This document shows, one piece after another, positions 11,701 to 21,435 of a stretch of DNA of 64,000 nt. Both the position numbers and the translations under genes were made by a program. The DNA lies in the IMG/VR virus record IMGVR_UViG_2061766007_000136. The stretch is one strand, 5' to 3'. Under the pieces are notes generated by a model. The model was not told the DNA's origin, made no database searches, and saw only the letters and a program-made list of their open reading frames with translations. Source of the DNA: an uncultured virus (IMG/VR IMGVR_UViG_2061766007_000136) (taxonomy: Duplodnaviria; Heunggongvirae; Uroviricota; Caudoviricetes). How positions within the stretch are numbered: the stretch's first letter is position 1; each line of letters starts with the position of its first letter.

Positions 11701-13233
11701 ATGGATTGGAGCTTTTTTGCGAAAAATCCAGAAAGCACGAGCGAAGACCTTGAAAAAGCATTGGAATCGGTTGAAAATGAAGTTGTAACTAAATATGATG
11801 AAGTGATTTACAATATCCTGAATCATAAGAATTGCACGCAGGAAATTGCTGACAGGGCAATTGATTGCATTGACGACATGGATGAATTCATTCAATTCCA
11901 AGATGCTGATGCACTGTTGAAATGGAGAGATGCAGATTCCATTTTAGACAATCTGTCTGAATATACCTACGACCATCTTGAAAAGCTGGCTTCTGGCAGT
12001 AAAAACAGTGATGACATAGAAAATGTGATATTCAGTTTGAATGATGCATCCAACTATGACTATGATGAATCGGACGATGAAGCGAAAATACGTGTCTTGT
12101 ATGAAATCGTGGACAATCAGTATTGTCCATTGAAATCATTTGAAGACCTTGATTCGGATTATCGTAATTTGTTTGACAGTCCTGATTCTCTGCTGTATGA
12201 GTACCTGTCGCATCATGACGCTATGCTTTCCCAAGAGGAAATATCGTATATTTTCGCAAATTGGGAAAAAGACCTTAAAAAATCTTCAAGAAGCATATAT
12301 GTTCTGGAAAAATGCCCGAACATCACGGAGGAGCAGTTGCTGGAATGCGTAACGAAGTACCATTGCGTTGACAATAATGCGATACTGAACAATAATGCGA
12401 CGACTGAAAGGGTGCTTCTTGAGGCAATGGAATATGCCGATAGTAACAATAATTTGACAAAGTACATCATATCGGATAAGGCTGGTGAATCAGTATATGA
12501 AAAGGCATATCTCATGTGTCTTGGTGATTTTTCCCTTAAAGAAGCCATGAATCGAACCAAGAATCAAGAGCTTGCGAATAAGATAAAGGAAAAGCTAGAT
12601 GAAAATAACGATGAAAAGTACAGCTTCATCTATCGGATAAACAACGAGTCTGATGATGAAAAATTAAAAACATTGCTGAAATTCATCATGAAGCGAGACA
12701 AATGGGAAAGTTATTATATTCCGAAGATTGAAAACCAGAAGGCGTTGACGATGATTTCAAAGATAAGGAATCCCAATGTCATTGCTGGGCTTATCGTGAA
12801 TTCGCATGTCCCTGAAAAAATCGTTCTGAGTTTGCTGAAGAAAAATCAGTCGAAAGTCACTTTGAGTGCTGCTGCTGGAAGGACGGAGAAGAGTATTCTT
12901 CTGTATGTCGGATGTATGACGCATAACAGTGACGACATATACAAGATTTTCAACAGCACTGAAATGATGAAGCAATTCACATCGGAAGATATCATAAAAA
13001 TGATAATGTGGAATCCGTCATGCAAATTCGACATTTTGAAGCACGCTTATTTCAAATTGACCAATGAGCAACTTCTTTCATTGAAAAAATTAGAGGACAT
13101 GGACGTGAATTGGTTTATCAATGGCATATTAAAGAATCAGCAAGGAAGTCAGGACGATAATGTGAAGGCAAGCAGAATCATTGACAAGTTGCTGAAAGCA
13201 GACAGGATTGCGAGACGTATCACGTCATTATAG
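8764..13233 (+). CDS. Very large acidic protein with helical repeats (LRV/HEAT-like)
   Basis: ~1490 aa; GAGG SD; recurring ILNHKNCT/IVDNQYCP/ILNNNATT/LIVNSHVP units; N-terminal SEWCVA...FNHY region. Confidence 0.8.
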   Translation: MKFILAFNAEPLQLKFMNWVLKRDDITKETMMQAVKDKDKSITDAIAEFSSFQAEVKKYGNKIGNSSNIFMDCIYDRCANDDDSFKYMFGEDTDKTRYTKNYRVILDGLYDAFHYCEEFSKEGKFSTRAKAIFDGFKKKNETLEKLVKDMNQILVENNKNKGEEDDGRTFEEQEEASWETLEGNEVFHRDEWHVYEVNTYEDMRNVAADCSEWCVARRDSGRDHFNHYGEPYYLFSKGRRNPWILMHIGSQQFKGLDDDKFQPDRPTSFEVIQIGRDFLEEQSELQSYYSEDEDFSVFNEDNEFNEEPELDDYNNISKMTQDELKNFFEQYVKNNHDGVVSYLSQVSKNATDYNLIIEIIAEAKKNHEDIYDDVCDSLMNKNLSEFIGSEKALQLYTELLDSQASSDSYIESHSTTFEPYLHNVFMTCNDKSIIYKLINKYCHDDEKKIKAVLLSKDSSFYPLSQAFEEYLCEHDMKDTICASLPHVFDASNSFLKMVIDKYHNDYAMMKAVLNAPHGLDVMNEIASQTDNKEIMREIIYMFKNKRSNITETVRVLVEKPSFDDNLERLLFRECDSYDEKLSSILLKHAKNTDEEIKALKSGASPDTIKRYYEGHKEAILKEDQSTLKYFLHRLIDDDKIVGEILEACDYDLEFMDNVRDNLSTSNRQKISLDYVEKGLSKKSTINEREAVFVLNSITDTKNHIIADNPTNNRISLEVLKKHNKIETANTLLSWSKSLAVLKEVILNYPVDLDRIISELRWNQQLCNDEDVLRHIGNRAIAENADAKICKEIIEYSKCPSDVVDKIMSSHNGQNLSNNEDAQLIELSKGLVFNEEKFIKEYCKKHPTFDDNIKDLLTKLVYDEKLFTLATRIILNHESIDDEDKFNVVQIIMNSQNGFKFKIDLDTIVNFCLTHKEIFATLCPLQFKGISEKQVNMMFDIIKSNSEYMKQMEDVITELEQSTFDIVNTRLHNEEATEEDMDWSFFAKNPESTSEDLEKALESVENEVVTKYDEVIYNILNHKNCTQEIADRAIDCIDDMDEFIQFQDADALLKWRDADSILDNLSEYTYDHLEKLASGSKNSDDIENVIFSLNDASNYDYDESDDEAKIRVLYEIVDNQYCPLKSFEDLDSDYRNLFDSPDSLLYEYLSHHDAMLSQEEISYIFANWEKDLKKSSRSIYVLEKCPNITEEQLLECVTKYHCVDNNAILNNNATTERVLLEAMEYADSNNNLTKYIISDKAGESVYEKAYLMCLGDFSLKEAMNRTKNQELANKIKEKLDENNDEKYSFIYRINNESDDEKLKTLLKFIMKRDKWESYYIPKIENQKALTMISKIRNPNVIAGLIVNSHVPEKIVLSLLKKNQSKVTLSAAAGRTEKSILLYVGCMTHNSDDIYKIFNSTEMMKQFTSEDIIKMIMWNPSCKFDILKHAYFKLTNEQLLSLKKLEDMDVNWFINGILKNQQGSQDDNVKASRIIDKLLKADRIARRITSL

Positions 13234-13244
13234 GAGAAACGAGT

Positions 13245-14144
13245 ATGAATAATGAGAAAAGTAGAAAAAAACAAACGGACAATGACGGAATCGGTAACTT
13301 CATGTTGCCAGGGCTGGACGATGATTACTTCAACCAGCCAGTCATTTTCCGCGATTGCGACGACCATTACGAGCTGATTTACACAGGTGAATTCGAAGAT
13401 GTCGGACGGGATTCAATCGCCGTGACGAAGCTGATTCAGGACTTGAAGGACGGCAACAAGGATACTGAACTCCATATCCTCATCAACTCCATCGGGGGTT
13501 CTGTTGACAATCTTTCATTCGTGTTGCAACAAGTCTTGCAGTACCGCCACCGCGTGACAGTCTGTTGTGGTTCCGCATTGAGCGCGGGGTTCATTCTGTG
13601 GGCTTGCGGGAATGAGCGTTATGTAAGCCCGTATTCTGAACTGATGTATCATACGATTTATTCTGGATACGAAGGAAAGGGAACGGAGCTTGCCTCATAT
13701 GGTGCCCATGTCGAACGCCTTACAGATGAATTAATGGATGCGGTTGACATGAAGAGCCTGATTTCTGAAGAAGACATGCAGAAAGGAAAATCCACCGAAG
13801 TCTGGTATCTCGGAAAGGATTTCATTGATTCTGGCAAGGCAAAGGATTATTCCGAATACGCCATGCGCCAGATTCCAGTGTCGGCGTTGATAACGATAGC
13901 TGGCGACAGGTTCTTCGCCAAATCTGGCGAGAAGTACATTGAACTTACGGTCGCTTCCGACAGGGAATACGAATATGGCGAGATACTTGAAATCAACAAG
14001 ACACATGTGGATGACGGCATGCCTGTAATCAGCATCGAGACGCAGGAAGAACAATCGTCATCGTCGTCCAGCAAGGATGACGACGACAAGAAAAAAACGA
14101 AGAAACGCGCCAAAAAGCATAAAAAACAAAAGCTGACAGTTTGA
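13245..14144 (+). CDS. ClpP-like serine protease with Ser/Lys-rich tail
   Basis: HILINSIGGSV, GSALSAG (nucleophile), ELMYH. Confidence 0.8.
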   Translation: MNNEKSRKKQTDNDGIGNFMLPGLDDDYFNQPVIFRDCDDHYELIYTGEFEDVGRDSIAVTKLIQDLKDGNKDTELHILINSIGGSVDNLSFVLQQVLQYRHRVTVCCGSALSAGFILWACGNERYVSPYSELMYHTIYSGYEGKGTELASYGAHVERLTDELMDAVDMKSLISEEDMQKGKSTEVWYLGKDFIDSGKAKDYSEYAMRQIPVSALITIAGDRFFAKSGEKYIELTVASDREYEYGEILEINKTHVDDGMPVISIETQEEQSSSSSSKDDDDKKKTKKRAKKHKKQKLTV

Positions 14145-14168
14145 CATTTTCGTTTCTCGCGTCATATT
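14141..14168 (+). promoter_or_regulatory. Recurrent promoter TTGACA-N16-CATATT
   Basis: Matches window consensus. Confidence 0.65.
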
Positions 14169-14229
14169 TAAGAGTGGAATCATGTATGTTGTTTCCACTC
14201 TTTTTTTGTGACTTGAAAAGGAGAATAAA

Positions 14230-14373
14230 ATGAAGCAAATGATTGTCAATCTGTTTGTTGCTTGTTCATCGGCTCTCGCTGTCATCGCTGTTTGCACACT
14301 TGTGTTCAGTTTTGGATTCGTTGAATTTAGCGAGCAGAACCCCCAGACCATAGAAACGACTGAAGGAAAATAA
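14230..14373 (+). CDS. small membrane protein (47 aa)
   Basis: AAGGAG SD; MKQMIVNLFVACSSALAVIAVCTLVFSFGF...; not in ORF track. Confidence 0.65.
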   Translation: MKQMIVNLFVACSSALAVIAVCTLVFSFGFVEFSEQNPQTIETTEGK

Positions 14374-14375
14374 AC

Positions 14376-15323
14376 ATGGACGGCGTATTTCCAAAATTCG
14401 GTTTCATCACCGACACGCATTACGACTACAAGTACGAGTCGAGAAAAGACGACACGTTGAAGACGCTATTGGACAAGACCGTTCAGGCTTATGATTGGTT
14501 CAAAAGCGTCGGATGCGATTTTGTTGTCCACGGTGGAGACATGTTCGACCGCCACAGAATTTACAACTTCGACCTGCTGTCGAAAGTGAGAAATACATTG
14601 AAGGAGTCCAGCCTGACGACGTATTTCATTATGGGACAACACGACCTGTCGGGGTACAATGCGGACACGTTGCCAGCGTCCAGCCTTGGATTCATCGACT
14701 CTATCTCTGACGGTTCTCTGGTGTTCATGAAGAACGAGATGGAAATCGGCGGATACCGTTTTATCCCGTGCCATGTGATGCAAGACCCAGTTGAAATCAT
14801 CCATAAGGTCAGGAAGTCAGACAAGCCGACAGTCTGCGTCTGCCATGCGTTGCTGACCGACCAGCGAGAGGCTTTCGGGACGATTTCCATCACCCATTTC
14901 AAAACGAAGCATGTCCAGCTCGTGCTGTCTGGCGACTTGCACGACGGGATTCCCTTCCAAGTGTGCAACGGGATGCAGTTCTACAATCCAGGCTCATTCT
15001 CCCGCGATGCGAAGACATTACGGCTTCCGAAGGTCGGGGCGTTGCAGTGGGATGGAACTCAGTTCACGCTTGAGGAATTCGAGCCGAAATGCCCTGATGC
15101 GAAGGACATCTTCTTCTGGGACGACGAAGTTAAGACGGCTTCGGTCATCAAGGAAGAGGAGGAGGTAAAGAAAAATGAGGCATCGTATATCGAGGAATTC
15201 CAGAAGTTCCATTCTGAATCAAAGGACATTTACGAGCTTCTAGAAAAGATAGGTGCTTCCAAAGGTATTAGAAAAGAAGTATTGGATTTGATTAAACAGC
15301 ATAAGGATAAAAAACGTGTCTAA
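14376..15323 (+). CDS. Mre11/SbcD-like metallophosphoesterase nuclease
   Basis: DTH, GGDMFD, GQHD, CH, SGDLH, YNPGS motifs. Confidence 0.88.
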   Translation: MDGVFPKFGFITDTHYDYKYESRKDDTLKTLLDKTVQAYDWFKSVGCDFVVHGGDMFDRHRIYNFDLLSKVRNTLKESSLTTYFIMGQHDLSGYNADTLPASSLGFIDSISDGSLVFMKNEMEIGGYRFIPCHVMQDPVEIIHKVRKSDKPTVCVCHALLTDQREAFGTISITHFKTKHVQLVLSGDLHDGIPFQVCNGMQFYNPGSFSRDAKTLRLPKVGALQWDGTQFTLEEFEPKCPDAKDIFFWDDEVKTASVIKEEEEVKKNEASYIEEFQKFHSESKDIYELLEKIGASKGIRKEVLDLIKQHKDKKRV

Positions 15324-15726
15324 CGGCGGATGTCCTAGATTTTGCAAGAATTGCTCTTTGACTTGCGTGATGTGGATTGACGAACCAGCGGAAGGCATGA
15401 AGGGTGGATGCGGGTTGTTCGGTTGCTTCGACAAGAACAACATGGTTCCCCTTTTCACTGAACTCCGCACCATGTTCAGAGACCAGATAAATTCATTGTT
15501 TGTCTATGACGAAAATCAGAAGATGTTTGTGAACATTCGTGTAAGCCAGTATGTCTCGGACGAATGGAAGAAGATATACAAGACGCATATCTCCCACAGG
15601 GAGATGAACCAGATAAAGACATGGAAATTCAGGATGGACAACGACATCTTCGATAAGATGATTGCGGAAAATCCGTCGAATTGCAAATATTACACGGAGC
15701 AGTTGCTACAGCAGTGGAATAAATGA
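15316..15726 (+). CDS. Cys-rich hypothetical protein
   Basis: N-terminal Cys cluster; coupled to upstream gene. Confidence 0.7.
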   Translation: MSNGGCPRFCKNCSLTCVMWIDEPAEGMKGGCGLFGCFDKNNMVPLFTELRTMFRDQINSLFVYDENQKMFVNIRVSQYVSDEWKKIYKTHISHREMNQIKTWKFRMDNDIFDKMIAENPSNCKYYTEQLLQQWNK

Positions 15727-15727
15727 T

Positions 15728-16249
15728 ATGGATAAAGTACCAAACAGATATGAAGTGTGGGTGTTTTACGACCCAGTATGCGGTCGTCCAGATTGGTTCA
15801 AGGAAAGCGACTGCCATTCCTTGAAAGAAGTCGTCGATGTTTTGAAAAAGACGATGATGTACTATCATGATGATTTAAAGCATCTCGACGAGTATGTAAA
15901 AGTAAAGGCATTCCAGAAACGAGTCGAAATCAAGGATTTTAGTAAAAAACCATCCGAGATATTCAGGGAATTCGACGACAAGTTGGCAACCATGATGGAC
16001 GAATTCATGGAAAAATGCGAAAATTGTGTGATGAACGACCAAATTGAAGAGAATGCAACGGATGAGGATGGAAGGTCTGTCTGGATATGCAGGGAAGGTA
16101 AGCCGTGGTTCTGCAAAGGGGAATGCAAATATTACATATACGACCCATTTCAGGAAAACCCGATGATGAACTTCTATTGCGAGGATGTGTCTGAATATAT
16201 CCCTTTGATTAAGGAAGAAATGAAGAAGGAATGTGAAAATGAAAAATAA
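15728..16249 (+). CDS. hypothetical protein
   Basis: ORF fills operon. Confidence 0.7.
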   Translation: MDKVPNRYEVWVFYDPVCGRPDWFKESDCHSLKEVVDVLKKTMMYYHDDLKHLDEYVKVKAFQKRVEIKDFSKKPSEIFREFDDKLATMMDEFMEKCENCVMNDQIEENATDEDGRSVWICREGKPWFCKGECKYYIYDPFQENPMMNFYCEDVSEYIPLIKEEMKKECENEK

Positions 16250-16796
16250 CACCAAACGCAAGATTGCGATTCCTCCTGCGAAGAACATGATGAAGCAAGT
16301 CGCCAATGTCAACTTGTCTCCATGCGTGTCAAGGAAGATGAAGAACAAGGACAATCCTTATTCAAAATACATTGACTTTGAATATGACAAGAAATTCGGA
16401 AGAGTGAGACTCAACATTCGCGCATGCGAGCATAAGTACGACCAAGACGGGCATGAATTGTATTCAATGCTCGTCCAGCATGAAATCCATAAGGACTTGC
16501 ACGATTACAACACTATTGCGAAGTGCTATGACAATGCTATAGGGTATCTGTCGGAGCAGATTGCAGAACATGAACAGACGATAAAAGACATGAAGAAAAT
16601 GATTGATTTTCTTGCTGAATCCATGCTTGGAAATGGCGAATTAGCCGATGAGGTGGAGAAATACTCGAAGTTCGACACCCGTGACTTGTTCGATGATTCA
16701 TTTCCGAAAGACGAAGGGGCGTATGTTGAAAACAATGACGACGATTTGCTTCAAGAGATTCTGGAACAGATTAATCAGGAAGACGGAAAGAATTAA
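16239..16796 (+). CDS. GNGELA-motif family member 1
   Basis: MIDFLAESMLGNGELADEV. Confidence 0.8.
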   Translation: MKNNTKRKIAIPPAKNMMKQVANVNLSPCVSRKMKNKDNPYSKYIDFEYDKKFGRVRLNIRACEHKYDQDGHELYSMLVQHEIHKDLHDYNTIAKCYDNAIGYLSEQIAEHEQTIKDMKKMIDFLAESMLGNGELADEVEKYSKFDTRDLFDDSFPKDEGAYVENNDDDLLQEILEQINQEDGKN

Positions 16797-16798
16797 AC

Positions 16799-17161
16799 AT
16801 GAATGATGTTAAAAGAGTGGAATTCCCTGTAATCAATAGGGATGTTGTCGTGTTCGAGAAGAAAATAGGGAACACGACAATAGAATGCGAAAAGATTCCG
16901 AGCTATGACGGAGAGACAGCTTATTATGTCTCCTGTGATATACTTATCGAAGGCACTCATTTGGCTAGCTTTAACTCTGCTGGGAAAATAAGTGAGATAA
17001 GTGAGGATATATTGAGCCGAATCGACAATGAAATGCGTAAATTGGAATTGCTGAAGTCAGAATTGCAGAACATGACGGATTATTTCGCCAGCACGATGCT
17101 TGGTCAAACAGAATTGGCAGATGCAGTTAATAAATGCGAAAGAAGGATTAACAGGAAATGA
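16799..17161 (+). CDS. GNGELA-motif family member 2
   Basis: MTDYFASTMLGQTELADAV. Confidence 0.8.
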   Translation: MNDVKRVEFPVINRDVVVFEKKIGNTTIECEKIPSYDGETAYYVSCDILIEGTHLASFNSAGKISEISEDILSRIDNEMRKLELLKSELQNMTDYFASTMLGQTELADAVNKCERRINRK

Positions 17162-17862
17162 TAATTGACTTGATTAAAAAAGGGAAAACCAGATTTGTCG
17201 GAAAGCTGAAGAATTTGTTTTCAAAAAAGAAAAAGGAAGAACCAGTGTCAGAACATTCTTCTGTTCCTTCCATGTCATATTCCATTCCTGTCACAACAGC
17301 ATCTGGATTGACCAACTCTGCATCCGTCAATGCTTTATCAAATGCACAAATGCTGGTGACTATAGCAAGCACCAACATGACGACCACTACGGCATGTATT
17401 GAAGACTTTTTATACGGAAACAAAAATGTCATTGATTTCAACAAGTCGATTGGAATGATTTCGATTGGTTGCAAGAAAAACATCAACATCGATAATAATC
17501 TATCGGTGCATCTACAACGAATGCTGTCAATCAACATTCAGCAATTAGACCGCCGTCAGAATCCTTTTTTAACAGGTTCTTCTTGTATTTTTCCTGATGA
17601 TTTGTATGACGAAACGAAGCCGTTGTCGTTTACATTGTCAGCATCATATTATGATGACAATATTTCAAAAAGCAGTGAATACATGATGGTGAAACTCGGA
17701 TATGCTCTTGAACAGGTGAAGCAACTCGAACATGACATAACCGAAGCTATCGACTTCTTCGCGGATACGATGGTCGGCAATGGGGAATTGGCTGAAGCGT
17801 GTGAAAAGGCGGATGAAATGGAAAGGTCACAGAATCAATTAAAAGAGGAAAAAGAACAATGA
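17158..17862 (+). CDS. GNGELA-motif family member 3
   Basis: AIDFFADTMVGNGELAEAC. Confidence 0.8.
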   Translation: MIIDLIKKGKTRFVGKLKNLFSKKKKEEPVSEHSSVPSMSYSIPVTTASGLTNSASVNALSNAQMLVTIASTNMTTTTACIEDFLYGNKNVIDFNKSIGMISIGCKKNINIDNNLSVHLQRMLSINIQQLDRRQNPFLTGSSCIFPDDLYDETKPLSFTLSASYYDDNISKSSEYMMVKLGYALEQVKQLEHDITEAIDFFADTMVGNGELAEACEKADEMERSQNQLKEEKEQ

Positions 17863-18263
17863 GTATTCGTTATGCTTCAAGCGACATAGTTGACGCTATT
17901 TTCATGCATGAATACAATGAGCGGATGAAATACGAGTGGTCTGAAGAAGACGGCGTGTTTCAGACGGATGGAAAACCATTCAAAGTCATCTGCAAGAGAC
18001 GAATGTATGACAAATACATGATTTCAGCAAGGTCTGGAAGAAGGTCATACGGGGATTGGTTCAAGGACAGTGCCGTTGGAAGCCTTGCCGAATGTTGCGA
18101 ACATATGCTGACAAAACTGCATGAGAGGGAGATGGAACTGGAATACGAAATGCAGATGGCGAAGGAGATGATTGACTTCTTCTCGGAGGCTATGACTGGA
18201 AACGGCGAATTGGGGGATGCGGTTTTCAATGACAGAATGGATAAATCAGACGGAAATTCTTGA
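17859..18263 (+). CDS. GNGELA-motif family member 4
   Basis: MIDFFSEAMTGNGELGDAV. Confidence 0.8.
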   Translation: MSIRYASSDIVDAIFMHEYNERMKYEWSEEDGVFQTDGKPFKVICKRRMYDKYMISARSGRRSYGDWFKDSAVGSLAECCEHMLTKLHEREMELEYEMQMAKEMIDFFSEAMTGNGELGDAVFNDRMDKSDGNS

Positions 18264-18322
18264 CTTTTGCGAAACACAGCCCAAATTATAATTGTGTTTT
18301 GTTTTAACAAAAGGAATTGAAA

Positions 18323-18928
18323 ATGGAAAAGAAACCAGAAAGGTCGTGCGGTATCCTAGCATACAAGCTCGACGAGGACAGGAGAAGGATGAAAGTCCTT
18401 CTTGGAAGATGCGGTGGATACAGCGGTAGCAAGGAATCCCCGTGGAACATCCCAAAGGGGCATGTGGAGGGAGATGAAAGGGACATGGACTGTGCGTGCA
18501 GAGAATTCTCCGAGGAGACTGGTCTTGTCATTTGCGGTTCCCCTGAGATGGTTGACCTTGGGACATCGAAGACGAGTTCTGGAAAAATCGTGCATATCTT
18601 TGCGACACGCATGGATTTTTCCAAAGGCAGTGACATCGTGGAAATCCATTCCAACATGTGCAAGATGGAAATGCCACGCAAGTCTGGAAATTTCATCGAA
18701 GTCCCTGAACTGATTGAGGCGAAGTACATGGATGCCGACGATGCGTTGCACCAGATGTTCCCGTATCAGCGCATATTCGTGAAACGTCTCCTGATATATT
18801 ACTACCAGAATCTCATACAGGAGACGGCGCGTTGCCTTGGAGTCGAACCCAGTCTGGCAAAGGAGCTTAACGCGATGCATTATGAATTCGAAGTGAATGA
18901 GAAGTTCGACCCGTACAAGGGATTTTGA
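18323..18928 (+). CDS. Nudix hydrolase
   Basis: WNIPKGHVEGDERDMDCACREFSEETG Nudix box. Confidence 0.9.
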   Translation: MEKKPERSCGILAYKLDEDRRRMKVLLGRCGGYSGSKESPWNIPKGHVEGDERDMDCACREFSEETGLVICGSPEMVDLGTSKTSSGKIVHIFATRMDFSKGSDIVEIHSNMCKMEMPRKSGNFIEVPELIEAKYMDADDALHQMFPYQRIFVKRLLIYYYQNLIQETARCLGVEPSLAKELNAMHYEFEVNEKFDPYKGF

Positions 18929-18943
18929 CAAAGGAGATATGAA

Positions 18944-19405
18944 ATGAAAAAGTCCAATGTTGATTTCATTCGTTTTGATGGAATGCATCTTACAGAAGAT
19001 GATTTGAAGGTAAATTTATCGCATTGCAGAAATGCCGATGACATCCTTGAAGTCATTCACGATGGGATGAAAAGAAATGGAATTGTTGTTATTGAAGGAG
19101 ATGAAGATATTCCGTGGATGAAAGAATTGAACCAGCCTGAATACGAGCAGAAATTTCAGATTGGCGATATTGTGAAAATCAATCCGAGAATGCTGGAATT
19201 TGCCTGCGTTAATGCTACGAATGATGAATTGAATAAAAAATATATGATTACTGGTGTGAAAAAAGTGTCTGATACTGATTTTTCATACGAAATTAAGGAA
19301 ATAGGCGCAAAAAACGGTGAACAACCACTTGAATGGTTTTTGAATGGAAATGAAATAATTTTTGTCATTAGCGGAAAAGATTTGAAACGCAAATGTATGA
19401 TATAA
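18944..19405 (+). CDS. hypothetical protein, possible SH3/KOW-like C-terminal domain
   Basis: KFQIGDIVKI motif. Confidence 0.65.
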   Translation: MKKSNVDFIRFDGMHLTEDDLKVNLSHCRNADDILEVIHDGMKRNGIVVIEGDEDIPWMKELNQPEYEQKFQIGDIVKINPRMLEFACVNATNDELNKKYMITGVKKVSDTDFSYEIKEIGAKNGEQPLEWFLNGNEIIFVISGKDLKRKCMI

Positions 19406-19418
19406 TAGGAGAAATAAA

Positions 19419-19637
19419 ATGGAAGCAAGAATGAATGTAAAAGACTTGCAGGATTTATTGCAGGAACTTGTTGACAAGAAAGGAGGGAGGACGGATTTTG
19501 ATATTGTCATCCAGTCTTGGAGTCAAGAATCGTTTTTCGGAATGGACCATGTTGTGCAAATGATGACAAGTGGTTATGATGCAAGTGAAATCATTCTTAT
19601 GAATAAATTGAATAGAGAAGTCGGTCCCGTTGGATGA
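19419..19637 (+). CDS. hypothetical protein
   Basis: AGGAG SD. Confidence 0.7.
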   Translation: MEARMNVKDLQDLLQELVDKKGGRTDFDIVIQSWSQESFFGMDHVVQMMTSGYDASEIILMNKLNREVGPVG

Positions 19638-19665
19638 AAATAATTGAAAGACAAAGGAGTATAAA

Positions 19666-20203
19666 ATGAAAGTAGTATTGTTGATTGTCAGTATCATTGT
19701 TTGCTGTGTATTGTTCATCGGTGGTTGTGCCGTCTCCACNNNNNNNNNNNNNNNNTGAGGAGAATGTTAAGACCGCCAAATCTGGAATTGACACGCAATT
19801 GACCACGCGGTACAACAAATTGCTGGAACTGGCGCAGGTCATCAAGGCTTATGACAAGCATGAAAGCGAAACCATCATCAAGACAATCGAAGCCCGTGGC
19901 AAGAATGCGACGGAGGGGGAAGTAAAATCCACGATGGCGAGTATCCATGCCGTCGCCGAACGTTATCCCGAATTGAAGGCGCAAGCCAATTATGGAAAGA
20001 TGATGGATGAAGTGTCCCTCATGGAGAATACAATCTCCCATCACCGTCATGCCTACAATGAGACGGTGCGTGAATATTCGCGTTATGTACGTTCATTCCC
20101 TGCATGCTTTGTGCTTGGTCTGATGGGATATGAAATCCAGAAATTCGAGTATTACGAAGCCCCTGTCCATACGCAGGATACGAAGCCTTTGGAATTGTTC
20201 TAA
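19666..20203 (+). CDS. lemA: LemA family membrane protein (spans N-gap)
   Basis: N-terminal TM helix, then AVAERYPELKA, ENTISHHRHAYNETVREY, VRSFP. Confidence 0.88.
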
Positions 20204-20224
20204 AGCTGTTTGTCGGAGGCAATA

Positions 20225-20992
20225 ATGAACCGATATTACACTTACAGGGAAAATGAGATTGAGATAACGCCACGCGAACTTCTGTTCTGTATTGCGCTGT
20301 TCTTTGTTCTGATGTTCTTGGGATATCCGATTGCCTCCGCTATCAAGCGTCATGAAAACGACAAGAATTTGATTTACAATCAAGCCGTCCAGATTACAAA
20401 CCAGAGCCAGTTCGAGCAGGCATTCGAAACGGACATCGGATATGCATTCGTGGACGGTATGTTCACATGCGAAGGCGTATCATACGAGCGTCTCAGCGAA
20501 AAATACCTTAAAATCTTAGTTGAGCACGAGGAATACACACAACATACGAGAATCGAGACCTATACGACGACCGACAGCAAGGGGAGGACAAAGACGCACA
20601 TGAGAACCGTCCATTACTGGACGTGGGACAACGTTGGAGAGTTCAAGGATTGTTGCCACACAGTGTCGTTCAAAGGCATATCTTTCGCATATGATAACTT
20701 CGATTATTCAGAAGTGCCTAGTGAAACGATTTACATCGATACTGGGTATCACAAGAGGGATGTCGTCACCACATATCCGAGGAGCTTCTACTGCACCGTG
20801 TTCTGCAACATGAGGCATAGGTCTTTCTTCGACACGGCGAAAATATATTATGACAACACGATTGAGCAAGCGCACATGCGAGCCACGAGGACTTGCGGAG
20901 TGGCTGTGTTCTGGTCGTTGTGGACATTGCTTGTCATTTTCATATGCGGAGCGATTATCGCGCAGGAAAACAATTGGCTTGAAGACAAATAA
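20225..20992 (+). CDS. two-TM membrane protein downstream of LemA
   Basis: Hydrophobic helices near both ends; GGAGG SD. Confidence 0.8.
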   Translation: MNRYYTYRENEIEITPRELLFCIALFFVLMFLGYPIASAIKRHENDKNLIYNQAVQITNQSQFEQAFETDIGYAFVDGMFTCEGVSYERLSEKYLKILVEHEEYTQHTRIETYTTTDSKGRTKTHMRTVHYWTWDNVGEFKDCCHTVSFKGISFAYDNFDYSEVPSETIYIDTGYHKRDVVTTYPRSFYCTVFCNMRHRSFFDTAKIYYDNTIEQAHMRATRTCGVAVFWSLWTLLVIFICGAIIAQENNWLEDK

Positions 20993-21036
20993 CATGCCAT
21001 ATTATAAAAAAAGGAAACCAAAAGGAGACTTGAAAA

Positions 21037-21339
21037 ATGGCTAATGCTGATGAAGTAATTTTGAAAGACCAGAACAATATCGAAGTAAATGAAATTCACA
21101 AGGATGTGGAATTCGACGCGATTTCCGCCTATGAGGAAGTCATTAAGGATATGGCTGAAATCACAATCAAGGTTGAAAAATGCAAGCAGGAATTGGAATG
21201 CATCAACAGGATGTCCTTGTGCGATGACTATAAGGCATGGCAGTCGATGATTGACTCCATGACGGATTCGGTCGAAGCCATCGGCGTGGCGATGGCTCGT
21301 GTCATCAAAGTCAGTAATTACTGCAAGAATCAAGAATAA
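21037..21339 (+). CDS. hypothetical protein
   Basis: AAGGAG SD. Confidence 0.7.
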   Translation: MANADEVILKDQNNIEVNEIHKDVEFDAISAYEEVIKDMAEITIKVEKCKQELECINRMSLCDDYKAWQSMIDSMTDSVEAIGVAMARVIKVSNYCKNQE

Positions 21340-21434
21340 TGGATACGATTAAACTTGGAAAACTGGTGATAATCGCCACAATCGTAGTGGCGGTATTGTG
21401 TGTGGGAATCGGATTGGCGATATGGTTGTTGTGA
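21339..21434 (+). CDS. small single-TM peptide (31 aa)
   Basis: MDTIKLGKLVIIATIVVAVLCVGIGLAIWLL*; TAATG coupling. Confidence 0.55.
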   Translation: MDTIKLGKLVIIATIVVAVLCVGIGLAIWLL

Positions 21435-21435
21435 T

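Noticed and set aside
20186..20203. LemA C-terminal PLELF as a clamp-binding motif
   Set aside because: Lacks the key Gln and LemA is a membrane protein; likely coincidence.
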